The notes: generated by a model not told the origin, from the letters alone. Shown: positions 49,173 to 59,739, numbered from the stretch's first letter. The stretch is DNA of 64,000 bases from an uncultured Rikenellaceae bacterium (GCA_964435015.1 CAYSXP010000001.1:344-64343), one strand, 5' to 3'. A program made the numbers and translations.

Positions 49173-50504
49173 ATGAACATAGCCCTGATATCAATATTTG
49201 TGGTGATCAGTATAATAGCAATTATTTTACTGACTTCCTCACTGAAATTGCATGCTTTTGTTGCACTGTTTGTTGTTTCTGTGGTTCTCGCGCTGGCGGT
49301 TCTTCCGGCCGGCTCGATAATCAAAACCATAAAGGAGGGATTCGGAACAACAATGGGATCGATAGGGTTCCTGATTATTTTCGGGGCAATGATCGGTATC
49401 ACTCTCGACAAGACCGGCGCGACCATTAGCATTGCAAAGTTCATCCTTTCCAGGACCGGCGTGAAGCGGAGTGCCGCGGCAATCGGGATCACCGGATTTA
49501 TCACCGGGCTGCCGATATTCTGCGATTCGGGATTCATTATTCTCAGCGGCCTTGCAAAATCTTTCAGCGTCAGGTCGGGGACCGTTATTTCGTTCATGGT
49601 CACCGTGCTTGCAACATCCCTGTATTCCGTGCACTGCCTGATACCGCCTCATCCGGGGGCGCTGGCCGCTGCAGGGATTATCGATGCCAATATCGGATAC
49701 CTTGTGATGACGGGAACTGTTTTTGCAATTCCGGGTGCCCTGGCCGCCTATTTCTGGAGCAGGTTTATTACGAAAGCCGGCCGGGCAGCAGTGGCCGGCA
49801 GGATGGCTGATCATGAACACCGGCCAATGCCGGAACTGCCTCCCGTGCTTCTGTCATTTCTCCCGATTGTTGTGCCGCTGCTGTTAATCACAATCAAATC
49901 GCTGACCGCTATTGGCGACAAGACAGGCGAAAGTGCCTTGTCCCGCATCCTGGCTTTTCCCGGTGAGCCCGTAATAGCCTTGTTCATCGGCGTTCTCCTG
50001 TCGTTGCTCCTGGTTAAAAAGAAGAATATTGAATCACTGAATGCCCTGTTCTCAGAGGCTGTTGTCAAGGCGGGCCCCATACTGATCATAACGGCTGCCG
50101 GCGGCATGTTCGGACTTGTAATCAAATCCACCGGGGTGGGGGAGGCAATGGGGGAAATCCTGTCTGGCAGCAAAGCGGGAATTCTTGTTCCATTCCTTAT
50201 TGCAGCAGTCATGAAGACAGCCCAGGGATCATCTACTGTTGCGATAATTACTGCTGCATCATTTGTTTCACCCATGCTGCCGGGGCTGGGTCTTGACAAT
50301 GAATGGGGAAAGCTTTTTGCCATGCTTGCAATGGGGTCAGGCTCCATGGTCGTATCTCATGCCAACGATTCCTATTTCTGGGTGGTTACAAACTTCGGAG
50401 AGATCAGCGTAAATGACACACTTAAGGTTTATACCTCATCAACCCTGATTATGGGGATCGTGGTTTTCCTTTGTGTATGGCTTTCTTCCGCCATTCTTCT
50501 TTAA
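49173..50504 (+). CDS. GntP-family permease
   Basis: 443 aa, polytopic. GFGTTMGSIGFLIIFGAMIG and TAQGSSTVAIITAA are typical of gluconate/glycerate GntP transporters. Confidence 0.85.
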   Translation: MNIALISIFVVISIIAIILLTSSLKLHAFVALFVVSVVLALAVLPAGSIIKTIKEGFGTTMGSIGFLIIFGAMIGITLDKTGATISIAKFILSRTGVKRSAAAIGITGFITGLPIFCDSGFIILSGLAKSFSVRSGTVISFMVTVLATSLYSVHCLIPPHPGALAAAGIIDANIGYLVMTGTVFAIPGALAAYFWSRFITKAGRAAVAGRMADHEHRPMPELPPVLLSFLPIVVPLLLITIKSLTAIGDKTGESALSRILAFPGEPVIALFIGVLLSLLLVKKKNIESLNALFSEAVVKAGPILIITAAGGMFGLVIKSTGVGEAMGEILSGSKAGILVPFLIAAVMKTAQGSSTVAIITAASFVSPMLPGLGLDNEWGKLFAMLAMGSGSMVVSHANDSYFWVVTNFGEISVNDTLKVYTSSTLIMGIVVFLCVWLSSAILL

Positions 50505-50664
50505 ACTGCTGCAACTGATGGAAAAGAGCCGTTTACAACCGATGAGCGCTGATCAGTGCCAACCTGTTTGTAGTATGGATCCGGAATGTTTCAGAGTCAC
50601 AGGCAACAAGGAGAATGATCAGGGAAAAACTGATTGATGCAATAACCATAAACTACACCTGAAC

Positions 50665-51981
50665 ATGAATAACAGGGATTTGGCCAGGAAGATCTTCATG
50701 GAAGGAGTAAGAAGCGTTCTTCCTGAAAAACTGATAACCGGGAACCTGAGTCTCCAGGGCTCAGTTCTTATGGCCGGGGACCATCAGTTTGATCTCCGGA
50801 GCATAAGGAACATTTATGTAACGGGGGCAGGAAAGGCAAGCGGCGCGATGGGGCATTACGTGGAAACCATTCTCGGCGATCGCATTGCCGCCGGGCATAT
50901 TGTTGTCAGGTACGGGTATGCCTGCAAACTCAAAAGGATAAAGGTAAGCGAGGCGGGTCATCCCATCCCCGATTCAAACAGTTTCAGGGCAGCTGATGCG
51001 ATTGCTGGCATTGCCCGCCAGGCTGAAGAAGGTGACCTGGTGATCTGCCTTCTTTCAGGCGGCGGCTCCGCCCTGCTGACGGACCTTCCCGAAGGGCTCC
51101 TCCCGGAGGAGATCTTCATAGTCAATAATCTGCTCACAAGGTGCGGAGCCACCATACATGAGATAAACAGTGTAAGAAAACATCTGTCGGGGATTAAGGG
51201 AGGACAGCTTGCGGGGATGGTGCATCCGGCCGGACTGATAACCCTGATCATATCAGATGTTATCGGAGATTCACCGGATGTAATTGCCTCCGGCCCGACG
51301 GTTCCTGACTCTTCCACCTTTAGTGATGCCGTTGGTGTGATTGACAAATACGGCCTTGCCGCAGATCTGACCGCAGGCATCATGAAATATCTCGATGAGG
51401 GCAGGCTCGGATTGCGGCCTGAGACACCCAAGCCCGGCGACCCGGCGTTCCGGGGCCAGGTGAATTTAATTTGCGGGACGAACAGGATCGCACTTGAAGC
51501 CGCAAAAAATTATGCTGAGCTTACCGGACTGGAATCTTTTATAGTTGATGATTCACTGCAGGGTGATGTGGAATCGGCTGCTGAAATGATTTTCAACGCG
51601 GCGGTAAGCTGCAGGGCGAACAGGGCGGCCGGAAAACCCGCCTGCCTGATTTTCGGGGGTGAGACCACTGTCAGGGTAACCGGGGGAGGTCTTGGGGGCA
51701 GGAACCAGCACCTGGCCCTTACCCTTGCCATGCGGTTGCGTGACAACCCGGGCATTACGGTTCTGGCAGCAGGAACTGACGGTACCGACGGACCAACGGA
51801 TGCAGCAGGCGCAGTTGTGGATTCGGAAACCCTTGTGCAGGCAGAAAAGCTGATGATCGATCCTGAAAAATACCTGGCCGCACATGATTCCTGGAATTTC
51901 TTTAAAAAAACCGGAGGACATATTATTACAGGTCCTACTTTTACCAATGTTATGGATATGACTATTGTTCTTGTTGAATGA
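50665..51981 (+). CDS. Glycerate 2-kinase (DUF4147/MOFRL family)
   Basis: 438 aa. The N-terminal domain has GAGKASGAM and LSGGGSALL. The C-terminal MOFRL part has FGGETTVRVTGGGLGGRNQH and AAGTDGTDGPTDAAGA. Confidence 0.85.
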   Translation: MNNRDLARKIFMEGVRSVLPEKLITGNLSLQGSVLMAGDHQFDLRSIRNIYVTGAGKASGAMGHYVETILGDRIAAGHIVVRYGYACKLKRIKVSEAGHPIPDSNSFRAADAIAGIARQAEEGDLVICLLSGGGSALLTDLPEGLLPEEIFIVNNLLTRCGATIHEINSVRKHLSGIKGGQLAGMVHPAGLITLIISDVIGDSPDVIASGPTVPDSSTFSDAVGVIDKYGLAADLTAGIMKYLDEGRLGLRPETPKPGDPAFRGQVNLICGTNRIALEAAKNYAELTGLESFIVDDSLQGDVESAAEMIFNAAVSCRANRAAGKPACLIFGGETTVRVTGGGLGGRNQHLALTLAMRLRDNPGITVLAAGTDGTDGPTDAAGAVVDSETLVQAEKLMIDPEKYLAAHDSWNFFKKTGGHIITGPTFTNVMDMTIVLVE

Positions 51982-52060
51982 ACCGGGAATCTTTCCTTCC
52001 TTAGTGAGAATTATTGAAAGCATGCAGTTAATGACAATGGTTAAAACTAAATAAAAAAAT

Positions 52061-53461
52061 ATGAAACTTAAGTTCCTGGGTGCTGCCAGGGAGGTTACAG
52101 GCAGCAAAATCCTTCTTGAAACCGGATCCGGAAAACGGATTCTCTTCGACTGCGGCATGTTTCAGGGAAAAGGCCTGGAGACGGACGCCATGAACAGGGA
52201 TCTCGGATTTGATCCTGTTGAAATAGATCATGTTATCCTGACCCATGCACATATTGATCATTCCGGGCTCATTCCCTATCTGTACAAACTCGGTTTCAGA
52301 GGTTCAGTTATCTGCACCAATGCCACAAGGGATCTGTGTTCAATCATGCTGGCTGATACAGCGTTCATACAGGAGCATGATACCCGGACCTTCAACAAGA
52401 AAAGGGCCAGGAAGGGCCTGCCTCTGGTGACTCCGTTATTCACCCGGGAAGATGCGGAGGAATGCATGCGACTGTTCATTGGCGTTCCGCACGACATGAA
52501 ATTCAGGATAGACGATAACCTGAAACTCAGATTTACAAATACCGGTCACATGCTGGGAAGCGGAGTGGCGAACCTGGAAGTGCGTGAAAACGGAACTATT
52601 CGCAGGATTGCCTGCACAGGCGACATCGGCAGGCCCTCAAACCGGATCCTTAAACCTCCGGCGGCTTTCCCGCAGGCGGATATTCTAATCACCGAGTCGA
52701 CCTATGGCGACAGGCTGCACAAGGACTACTCCTCTGCCGACGATGAATTGCTGCGGACGGTGATCCATACATGCGCCGACAAGGGAGGCAAGCTGATAAT
52801 CCCTTCCTTTAGCGTGGGCAGAACCCAGGAACTGGTATATTCATTCAACAAATTCTTCAATGAGGATAGATTACCCAGGGTGGAGATATTTGTCGACAGC
52901 CCCCTGGCGGTTAATGCAACAACTATTTTCAGCATGCATCCGGAGTGTTTCAACAGGGAGACCATTGCATTAATGCAGACCGATCCCGATCCGTTCGGGT
53001 TCAACCGGCTCAATTATATTATCCGCAGTGAAGACTCGAAGAAGCTCAATGAATACAGGAAGCCCTGCATCATTATCTCTGCATCGGGAATGATGGAAGC
53101 GGGCCGGATAAAGCATCATCTGGCAAACAACATATCAAATCCGCGGAATACGGTTCTTATCGTGGGATACTGCTCCCCTGCCACCCTTGGTGCACGTATT
53201 GCCGGCGGAGCCAGGGAGGTGTCGATTCACGGAACCGTTCACAGTGTCAATGCTGAAATATTAAAGATCGATGCATTCAGCGGACACGGTGATTACCGGG
53301 AAATGATAAGCTTCCTGGGCTGCCAGGATAAAAAAGCTCTGCAGGATATGTTCCTTGTTCACGGCGAATATGAAACCCAGTTAAAATATTCCGGGGAACT
53401 GAAAAAGGACGGATTCAATAATATCCATATACCATCAATGAGGCAGGAGTTCACTGTCTGA
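52061..53461 (+). CDS. MBL-fold beta-CASP RNA-metabolising hydrolase
   Basis: HAHIDHSG metallo-beta-lactamase motif, ESTYGDR, and the beta-CASP C-terminal part (SGHGDY...VHGE). Length is 466 aa. Confidence 0.82.
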   Translation: MKLKFLGAAREVTGSKILLETGSGKRILFDCGMFQGKGLETDAMNRDLGFDPVEIDHVILTHAHIDHSGLIPYLYKLGFRGSVICTNATRDLCSIMLADTAFIQEHDTRTFNKKRARKGLPLVTPLFTREDAEECMRLFIGVPHDMKFRIDDNLKLRFTNTGHMLGSGVANLEVRENGTIRRIACTGDIGRPSNRILKPPAAFPQADILITESTYGDRLHKDYSSADDELLRTVIHTCADKGGKLIIPSFSVGRTQELVYSFNKFFNEDRLPRVEIFVDSPLAVNATTIFSMHPECFNRETIALMQTDPDPFGFNRLNYIIRSEDSKKLNEYRKPCIIISASGMMEAGRIKHHLANNISNPRNTVLIVGYCSPATLGARIAGGAREVSIHGTVHSVNAEILKIDAFSGHGDYREMISFLGCQDKKALQDMFLVHGEYETQLKYSGELKKDGFNNIHIPSMRQEFTV

Positions 53462-53499
53462 TACCTGACCGGGGAGATGATTTAGAAGACATTCGTGTT

Positions 53500-54219
53500 T
53501 CATCTCAAATATTTTTTCAGTTCTGCCCTCATTTTCTTCCATTGCGGATACACTTCGGAAAGGAGTTTGTAATAATCTGCACCGTGATTATGATGGATGA
53601 GATGGCACAACTCATGTGCAATGACATAATCGCTGAATTCCCTGTCGAGCCTTATCAGGTCATAGCTTATCCCTATCATGCCTCCGGAGGAGCAGCTGCC
53701 CCATCTTTTCTTCATCTTCCTTACGGAAAACCCTGCCGGTTTGAATCCAAAGGCAGAATAGCGTGCAAGCAATTCACTGAATCTGGCAGTCAGCTCCCTG
53801 GCTGCAATAAACCTGAACCATGCTTCCAGGACTTCCCTGATCAGCAGGGGGTCATTTTTATGGCGGAATTCAATTTCAATGATCTTTTCATCCCTGAGCC
53901 TGACGTTAAAGCTGCCGGAAGGCACGAGCCTGAGCCGGTGGAACTCGCCAAACAGCATTACCCGGTCGCCGTCATGATATCCGTTAACGCTGTCAATCCT
54001 TTGCAATGAACTGAAACCCTCAAGGCATTTTATTATCCATGGTGATTTTTCGTTTACGAATTTTTCAATGATTCCGGCAGGGGTTCTGTGAGGAGCCTTT
54101 ACTGTTACTCCCTTGTCGGGCGAAACAATGATTGAGAGAGTTCTTCTTCGTGAATACCGGATTCTGTATTCAAAATCCCTGGCTGGCAGTATATGGTCTT
54201 TTCCGGGTGCGGTTTTCAT
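53500..54219 (-). CDS. YgjP-like (DUF45/M48-type) zinc metallohydrolase
   Basis: HELCHLIHHNH zincin motif near the C-terminus, RWGSCS upstream of it, 239 aa. Confidence 0.8.
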   Translation of the reverse strand: MKTAPGKDHILPARDFEYRIRYSRRRTLSIIVSPDKGVTVKAPHRTPAGIIEKFVNEKSPWIIKCLEGFSSLQRIDSVNGYHDGDRVMLFGEFHRLRLVPSGSFNVRLRDEKIIEIEFRHKNDPLLIREVLEAWFRFIAARELTARFSELLARYSAFGFKPAGFSVRKMKKRWGSCSSGGMIGISYDLIRLDREFSDYVIAHELCHLIHHNHGADYYKLLSEVYPQWKKMRAELKKYLR

Positions 54220-54389
54220 TTCTGGATTTCTTTGCTGCAGGGTTGTTTTAACCGTTAAGTCAGCGGGGCGATTGCAATGAGTTTGCAGCGTTTAGCAGTG
54301 AATCTCCCCATTCAGACTCCGCGGTAAACCCCGAAGCTGTTGCGTTTAAATGGTTATTAATCTGACATCTTAGGTTTCAGGCTGTTACT

Positions 54390-55568
54390 TCAATCGGGGT
54401 TCAGTGTGATTATCACTATGTCGGGGGGCATTCCGATACGGAATGGAAATCCCAGGACTCCCAGTCCCCTGCTTACAATAAGGAACTGGTTGTCTTTCCG
54501 GTACAATCCGTTCCATCTGGGATAGAACCAGCTTGCAGGGCTCCAGGCAAATCGTTTTGTGACAATCCCGAACTGCATGCCGTGAGTGTGCCCCGAAAAT
54601 GTTATATCGATGTCTGTTTTACCCGTGACGGACTTCTCCCAGAAATTCGGATCGTGGGCGAGGAGTATTTTAAGGTCGGCGCTGTCGCTTCCCCGCATGG
54701 CTTCAGTCAGATCACCGGAAATTATATCCGGGAAACGGCCCATGGTGGTTATTCCCGACAGGCTGACCCTTGCCCTGCCTATTTCAATCATCGCCGATTC
54801 ATCGTTAAGGACATTGTATCCTGATGAGGATATCAGATTGTTTATCAGCAATACATTGTTTTGCCTGTCGGCCTCAGTGAAATACGGATCATAAGTGCCG
54901 AAATCGTGGTTTCCCATCACCGCGAAGGCCCCGTACCTGCCCCCGGCGGTTCTGAGAATCGTGTCGAACCGGGCAAATTCACGCCAGCCTATTGTAACAA
55001 AGTCACCTGTATTGATCAGCAGGTCAGGGTTGATTTCGTTTATTTCCTTCATCACAGCTGCCAGCTGCCCTGCATGATGGTAAAATGACGACAGGTGCAG
55101 ATCCGAAATCTGTACAATTTTCAATCCTTTAAGGTCAGGGTGCAATCCCCTTATATCAACAGAGATCTTTTCCTTCCTGAAATTGAATCGTTCGAAAAGC
55201 GAACCGGTGAGCGCCGTGGAAAATATTACGGCAGCAATTATCAGCCCGGTGTTTGTAAGGGATCTGATGTGGCCGCCGGTGCGCCTTCTTGCCAATACTC
55301 CCGAAAAGTGGAACATTATCAGAATGAATCTTGGGATCACTACGGCAGCCGTCAGGCCGTTGAGGTTCATTAAGAGCCAGACATTGACAGGATCATCATA
55401 TATTCCCCTGTAGTTTGCCAGCCTGAACCACAGCACCCAGAACCACACACTGACCAGGGTGTTGAAAGTTACAAGAAAGTAGTATCTCAGCCATGACCTG
55501 TCGTAAAGATGCTGCCTTATAACCAGCAGAGTAAGGATTTCTATAATTATCAGAAGGATCGGGAACAT
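54390..55568 (-). CDS. Membrane-anchored calcineurin-like metallophosphoesterase
   Basis: N-terminal TM helices, then the motifs ISDLHL, NTGDF, GNHD and SGHTHG. Confidence 0.82.
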   Translation of the reverse strand: MFPILLIIIEILTLLVIRQHLYDRSWLRYYFLVTFNTLVSVWFWVLWFRLANYRGIYDDPVNVWLLMNLNGLTAAVVIPRFILIMFHFSGVLARRRTGGHIRSLTNTGLIIAAVIFSTALTGSLFERFNFRKEKISVDIRGLHPDLKGLKIVQISDLHLSSFYHHAGQLAAVMKEINEINPDLLINTGDFVTIGWREFARFDTILRTAGGRYGAFAVMGNHDFGTYDPYFTEADRQNNVLLINNLISSSGYNVLNDESAMIEIGRARVSLSGITTMGRFPDIISGDLTEAMRGSDSADLKILLAHDPNFWEKSVTGKTDIDITFSGHTHGMQFGIVTKRFAWSPASWFYPRWNGLYRKDNQFLIVSRGLGVLGFPFRIGMPPDIVIITLNPD

Positions 55569-55647
55569 TGTCCGGAATATTTTTCGGCGTAAAAATACTC
55601 AATATAATTTACCGGCATTTTAATTACTTTTATGCGGCTTAAAAAAG

Positions 55648-56091
55648 ATGACTGAAGTAAGGTTTTATGATCCTTCGTTTTATCCCGGCAAGGGCCTGAC
55701 GTATTCGGTGATTGTATCCAGGTACCGCGGCAGATGGTTGTTTGTCAGGCATCATGGACGGGCTACCTGGGAGATACCGGGGGGGCATATTGAAAATAAT
55801 GAGACCTCCGATGAGGCTGCCCGCCGTGAGCTGAATGAGGAGACCGGGGCAACGGAATTTGAGCTTGAGTGTGTTTCAACCTATTCGGTGACCACGGACG
55901 GGGAGACAGGCTTTGGCAGGCTTTATTTTGCCGAGATTTTCAGCCTCGGCCCCATTCGGGATGTTTCGGAGATAAGTGAAATAAAAACAGACATATTCCG
56001 GCCCGGTGAAAATACCTATCCTGATATACAGTCAGGCATGTTTGAAAGGATACAGGCTTACCTGAAAACCGTAAAGGGAGAAACGGATTAA
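55648..56091 (+). CDS. NUDIX hydrolase
   Basis: Nudix box GGHIENNETSDEAARRELNEETGA, 147 aa. Confidence 0.88.
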   Translation: MTEVRFYDPSFYPGKGLTYSVIVSRYRGRWLFVRHHGRATWEIPGGHIENNETSDEAARRELNEETGATEFELECVSTYSVTTDGETGFGRLYFAEIFSLGPIRDVSEISEIKTDIFRPGENTYPDIQSGMFERIQAYLKTVKGETD

Positions 56092-56094
56092 GTA

Positions 56095-57279
56095 TCAGAT
56101 GTATTCGAAGCTGACTTTTTTTAGCCACTTCTCCTCAAGCAGCCTGGCGATTCGTTTAATGACCGTTCTCCTTATTTCAAGCTCTACCGGGAGGGTGGGA
56201 TCCTGATGTGCGATATTGATCCTTGTTCCGATAATGAAATGGATCTCGTCACTTTCCATAATGAGTCTTACGATCTTGTCTGCCGGCCCTTTCCCGAGCC
56301 TTACGCTGTTATTGTATGATTTGAGTATCTCATTCACTTTCTGCAGCGTCAGGATGCCTTCAGTTACAAGGTCAATGCCATCGATGAAACTTTCGGGGGG
56401 AAGATCGGGATCTTCAAAGATCAGTTCATCTACTATTTTCTTGTTAAGTTCCCTGGCTACAATATCGGCGGTTGTGCCTCCGCAGAGGATGACCCTGCCG
56501 TTGTAGTTTTTAACTTTTTCGGCAAGTTCGCGGTCTTTGTCCTTCTCGTAGGGCGGACCCGAACAGATAATAAGTTTTCTCGGGTCGCGGAAATAAATAG
56601 TGGCACAGCTTATGTCGTCTTTGGCCTTATAACCGTCGTTCTTGTGGGCCATGGTAACTATTTTCCCTGAGAGGGTTATGGCAGAGATTGAGGCTTCTCC
56701 CCTGACAAGCGATGATGCATAGGCTGCAACTTCGTCACGTCCCCAGCCAAACGGGAACAGTTCGCCACCCATACCGCTCTGGGCCACACCGTCGGAACAA
56801 AAGATGATCCTGTCTTCTTTGGAAGGGCTGAATGAACATGTCTTCAGGATTTTACCGGCATTTCTGCCCTTGTTCAGAACCACTTTCTTCCAGGAAGGGT
56901 CAAAGATCTCGGCGCCCTTCAGGATGATTGTGGAGGGATTGTCATATTCCAGGATATTGGTCTTTCCGCTGCTTTCGATATCGATGATGGTAAATGTCGA
57001 ATAGCTGATTTTCCTTTCACTGCAGACGGGCAGGGTGTTCATTATTATCTCGGCAATGGTGTCAACCTCCTTATGCTCTATTGTGAAATTCATTGCCATG
57101 GTTGCAGTGAGGGTGGCGAGGATATTGGCTTTTACGCCATGTCCCATGCCATCGGAGAGTACTGCAATAACCCTGTCCTCTTCCTTTATGTACCTGTAAA
57201 GGAACACATCACCGCTGATCCGTTCGCCATCGTGATTCCTTTGCTGGCTGTTGACTTCTATGTAAAAATCCTTAAACAA
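56095..57279 (-). CDS. PP2C/SpoIIE-family protein phosphatase with an uncharacterised C-terminal domain
   Basis: ISGDVFLY..., AVLSDGMGHGVKANI and FCSDGVAQSG are PP2C metal-binding contexts. A domain of about 160 aa follows. It starts 20 nt after the sensory hydrogenase stop. Confidence 0.8.
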   Translation of the reverse strand: MFKDFYIEVNSQQRNHDGERISGDVFLYRYIKEEDRVIAVLSDGMGHGVKANILATLTATMAMNFTIEHKEVDTIAEIIMNTLPVCSERKISYSTFTIIDIESSGKTNILEYDNPSTIILKGAEIFDPSWKKVVLNKGRNAGKILKTCSFSPSKEDRIIFCSDGVAQSGMGGELFPFGWGRDEVAAYASSLVRGEASISAITLSGKIVTMAHKNDGYKAKDDISCATIYFRDPRKLIICSGPPYEKDKDRELAEKVKNYNGRVILCGGTTADIVARELNKKIVDELIFEDPDLPPESFIDGIDLVTEGILTLQKVNEILKSYNNSVRLGKGPADKIVRLIMESDEIHFIIGTRINIAHQDPTLPVELEIRRTVIKRIARLLEEKWLKKVSFEYI

Positions 57280-57299
57280 GCTCTGTTACTGTGGAAATG

Positions 57300-59171
57300 T
57301 TACCTGGTCACCCTTCTTTTTTTATATGATTCGATGATTGAGTTGAGCATCTGTTCGGTTTCTGAGGCTCCTTCACCCAGCAGGAACCCGATTTTCTGAA
57401 CCATCTCCAGGTTCCTCTCAATCACTTCACTGACCCTGTTTGTGACTTCTTCTCCCTGAACTTCAGGGGAAAACAGGTCGCGGATTATTGCTCCGCATAT
57501 TTTATTCTTCCTGATGGGGAAAATGGAAATATTCAGCATATTGTCCTCGAACCTGATGTCTTTGCTGACAACCGGTTCGTCCTCCTTTAGAACGAAGGTG
57601 AACATGTTGTATACGTTGAAGGGCATAAGGGTTTTAATATCTGCACCCACGAGGCCCGGGATGATATCGGCAATGGATTTTGCATCTTCCCCGATAATGT
57701 TGATAAAGCTGTGGTTTGAGTGCAGGATTTTGAGGTTATTGTCAACAATCACCACGCCGGTAGGAAGTTTTTCAAGCATGTTGTGCATCATATCCGAGGC
57801 GCTTTGGGCCATTTCCTTCTCTCTCATGGCAAGTTCCTCTGAATCCTTGAGGGCTTTTTTAGTCTCGGCAAGCTTCCTGTTGGTTTGTCTCAGGGTTTCA
57901 ATGTATTCCTGTTTGTTGCGGAGGTTGAATGTATGGCACATTTCAGGAACCGCCAGTCCTTTTGCCACAGTCGACGCAAATTCCCTGCACGACTGGTAAC
58001 CGCATGCCCCGCAGTTGAGTTCTTCATCGGGATTATCCTTGCCGATGATTTTCATAACCTCGTTTATTGCCTCGGACGGAGGTTCGGGGATCCTCTGGTC
58101 GTTGGGATTGAATGTCCTGGAAAAGTCGAGCTCCGACCATCTTTCCATATCCTTCTGCCACTGTGCCTTATCCAGCAGTCCGACCCTTTTCTCAGCATAA
58201 ATCCTTACCAGCGCCCTTCTCCTGAACCGCTCTGAATGGCTCTCCATTCCCGGGCCAAGCATGCATCCGTGACAGAAGAACAGGTTGAAGTGGTGATGAA
58301 TGGTATCGATATACTGGCCGAAGTCATTCAGTGCTTCGAAGACCTCTTCCCTGCCTGCTGCGGTAATTACGTTGCTGGTAAAGAAATCGCGTTTGATGCC
58401 TCCGGCCTGAACGATCCCTGCGGGCAGAGGATATAATGCTCCCCAGTTTCCGTAGGGGGGATCGAATTCCGACATTTTAACGGTTCGTTCCTGTATCTCA
58501 AACTCCTCAAACAACTGCCTCAGCTCGATGAAGGTAAGTACGCCGTCAACCAGCTTCCCTCCCTTGTACATATGAGCTTCATCCTTGTTGTCGATGCAGG
58601 GGCCGATGAAAACTGATGCCACGTCGTCGCCATACAGTTCCTTTACAACCATTGCAGTTGCTATCATCGGCGATACCAGAGGCGCAAGATTCGGTACCAG
58701 CCCGGGATGATATTTCTCAATAAGCTTCACAATCGGGGGGCAGTTCGCGGTGATATAGTATTTGCCTTCGGCCTTGCTGACAAGATCGGCATACTCCGCT
58801 GCAATCAGGTCAACGCCAAAGGAATCTTCATGAACATAGTCGAAACCCAGCGCCCGGAGCATGCCGACAAACTTCCTGTAATCGGTTATGTCGACAAATT
58901 CAGGTGCAATGCTTGGCGAAACAAGAGCCGCGGTTTTTCTTTCGGAAGAAAGCAGGCGCTTCACCTCATCCCTCGAATCGCGGAACTCAACCGCACGGGG
59001 GGAACAGTCGATAAAGCATAATCCGCAGCCTATGCACCGGCTTTCAATAATTGTGGGGTGTTCCTTTTGTGCCCTTACTTCAATGGCATTGACCGGACAA
59101 ACCCTTACGCAGGAATAAGTGTTCCTGCATTTCTTTTCATTTATATAAAAAATTGGTTTTCTGTCGTTCAT
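57300..59171 (-). CDS. hydS: Sensory-type [FeFe]-hydrogenase-like protein with a C-terminal PAS domain (HydS/HfsB-like)
   Basis: N-terminal ferredoxin motifs (CRNTYSCVRVCP, CIGCGLCFIDCSP). H-domain motifs are ITANCPP, GPCIDNKDE and FFCHGCMLGPG. An extra CGACGYQSC...C cluster motif, a coiled coil and a PAS-like LEKLPTGVVIVDNNLKILHSNHSFINIIG follow. Confidence 0.8.
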   Translation of the reverse strand: MNDRKPIFYINEKKCRNTYSCVRVCPVNAIEVRAQKEHPTIIESRCIGCGLCFIDCSPRAVEFRDSRDEVKRLLSSERKTAALVSPSIAPEFVDITDYRKFVGMLRALGFDYVHEDSFGVDLIAAEYADLVSKAEGKYYITANCPPIVKLIEKYHPGLVPNLAPLVSPMIATAMVVKELYGDDVASVFIGPCIDNKDEAHMYKGGKLVDGVLTFIELRQLFEEFEIQERTVKMSEFDPPYGNWGALYPLPAGIVQAGGIKRDFFTSNVITAAGREEVFEALNDFGQYIDTIHHHFNLFFCHGCMLGPGMESHSERFRRRALVRIYAEKRVGLLDKAQWQKDMERWSELDFSRTFNPNDQRIPEPPSEAINEVMKIIGKDNPDEELNCGACGYQSCREFASTVAKGLAVPEMCHTFNLRNKQEYIETLRQTNRKLAETKKALKDSEELAMREKEMAQSASDMMHNMLEKLPTGVVIVDNNLKILHSNHSFINIIGEDAKSIADIIPGLVGADIKTLMPFNVYNMFTFVLKEDEPVVSKDIRFEDNMLNISIFPIRKNKICGAIIRDLFSPEVQGEEVTNRVSEVIERNLEMVQKIGFLLGEGASETEQMLNSIIESYKKRRVTR

Positions 59172-59189
59172 CTGGATATACGGGCTTTG

Positions 59190-59444
59190 CTATTTTAAAT
59201 TTCCAAGCTCTTTCTCAAGGATTTCCTCAATTGCCGAAAGAGCAACCCCCTGGATAATTCTGTCATTTATTTTAAGATTCGGGCCATTGTTGCATAATCC
59301 CATGCAGCGGGCCCCCTTGAAGATTATTCTGTCCTCCAGGTGGTTTTTTTTCAGATAATCCCTGATAATCATTACCACCTCCCTGTTTCCCCTTGAAAAA
59401 CAGGAACTGCCGAGGCATATTTGCATCTCAATCCGCTGAGCCAT
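59190..59444 (-). CDS. Small thioredoxin-like [2Fe-2S] ferredoxin
   Basis: 84 aa with the pattern CLGSSC...CMGLCNNGPN (C-x4-C...C-x3-C). It is the first gene of the hydS operon. Confidence 0.8.
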   Translation of the reverse strand: MAQRIEMQICLGSSCFSRGNREVVMIIRDYLKKNHLEDRIIFKGARCMGLCNNGPNLKINDRIIQGVALSAIEEILEKELGNLK

Positions 59445-59694
59445 TATTTCATGAAAGAATTCCCAAAAGTAATAATAATTCCGATCAGTATTTACAAAGG
59501 CATAAAAGCCGGGTGATCTGCCCGGTGACCGGGCCAGCAGTGATTTGACTGATGCCGGTTTTCTGCCGTAGCCGGTGCCGGCTTCTGCTGCCTGTTTAAA
59601 TGCCGGTTCAATTCCTTAAGACAGGCCTGATGCAGGGAAGATCACCGTGATGATTTGTTTGTACAACCGGCATTCGGATTTTGTGACAAAGTAT

Positions 59695-59731
59695 ATTGTT
59701 AATAAATAAACAATGTTATTTTATTAACAAT
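59695..59731. promoter_or_regulatory. Nested palindromic operator in the hydrogenase promoter (ATTGTTAATAAA-N13-TTTATTAACAAT)
   Basis: Perfect 12-nt inverted repeat at 59695-59706 / 59720-59731. It contains two overlapping Rex-like 18-mers, TTGTTAATAAATAAACAA (59696-59713) and ATGTTATTTTATTAACAA (59713-59730). Confidence 0.45.
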
Positions 59732-59739
59732 ATGTTTTT

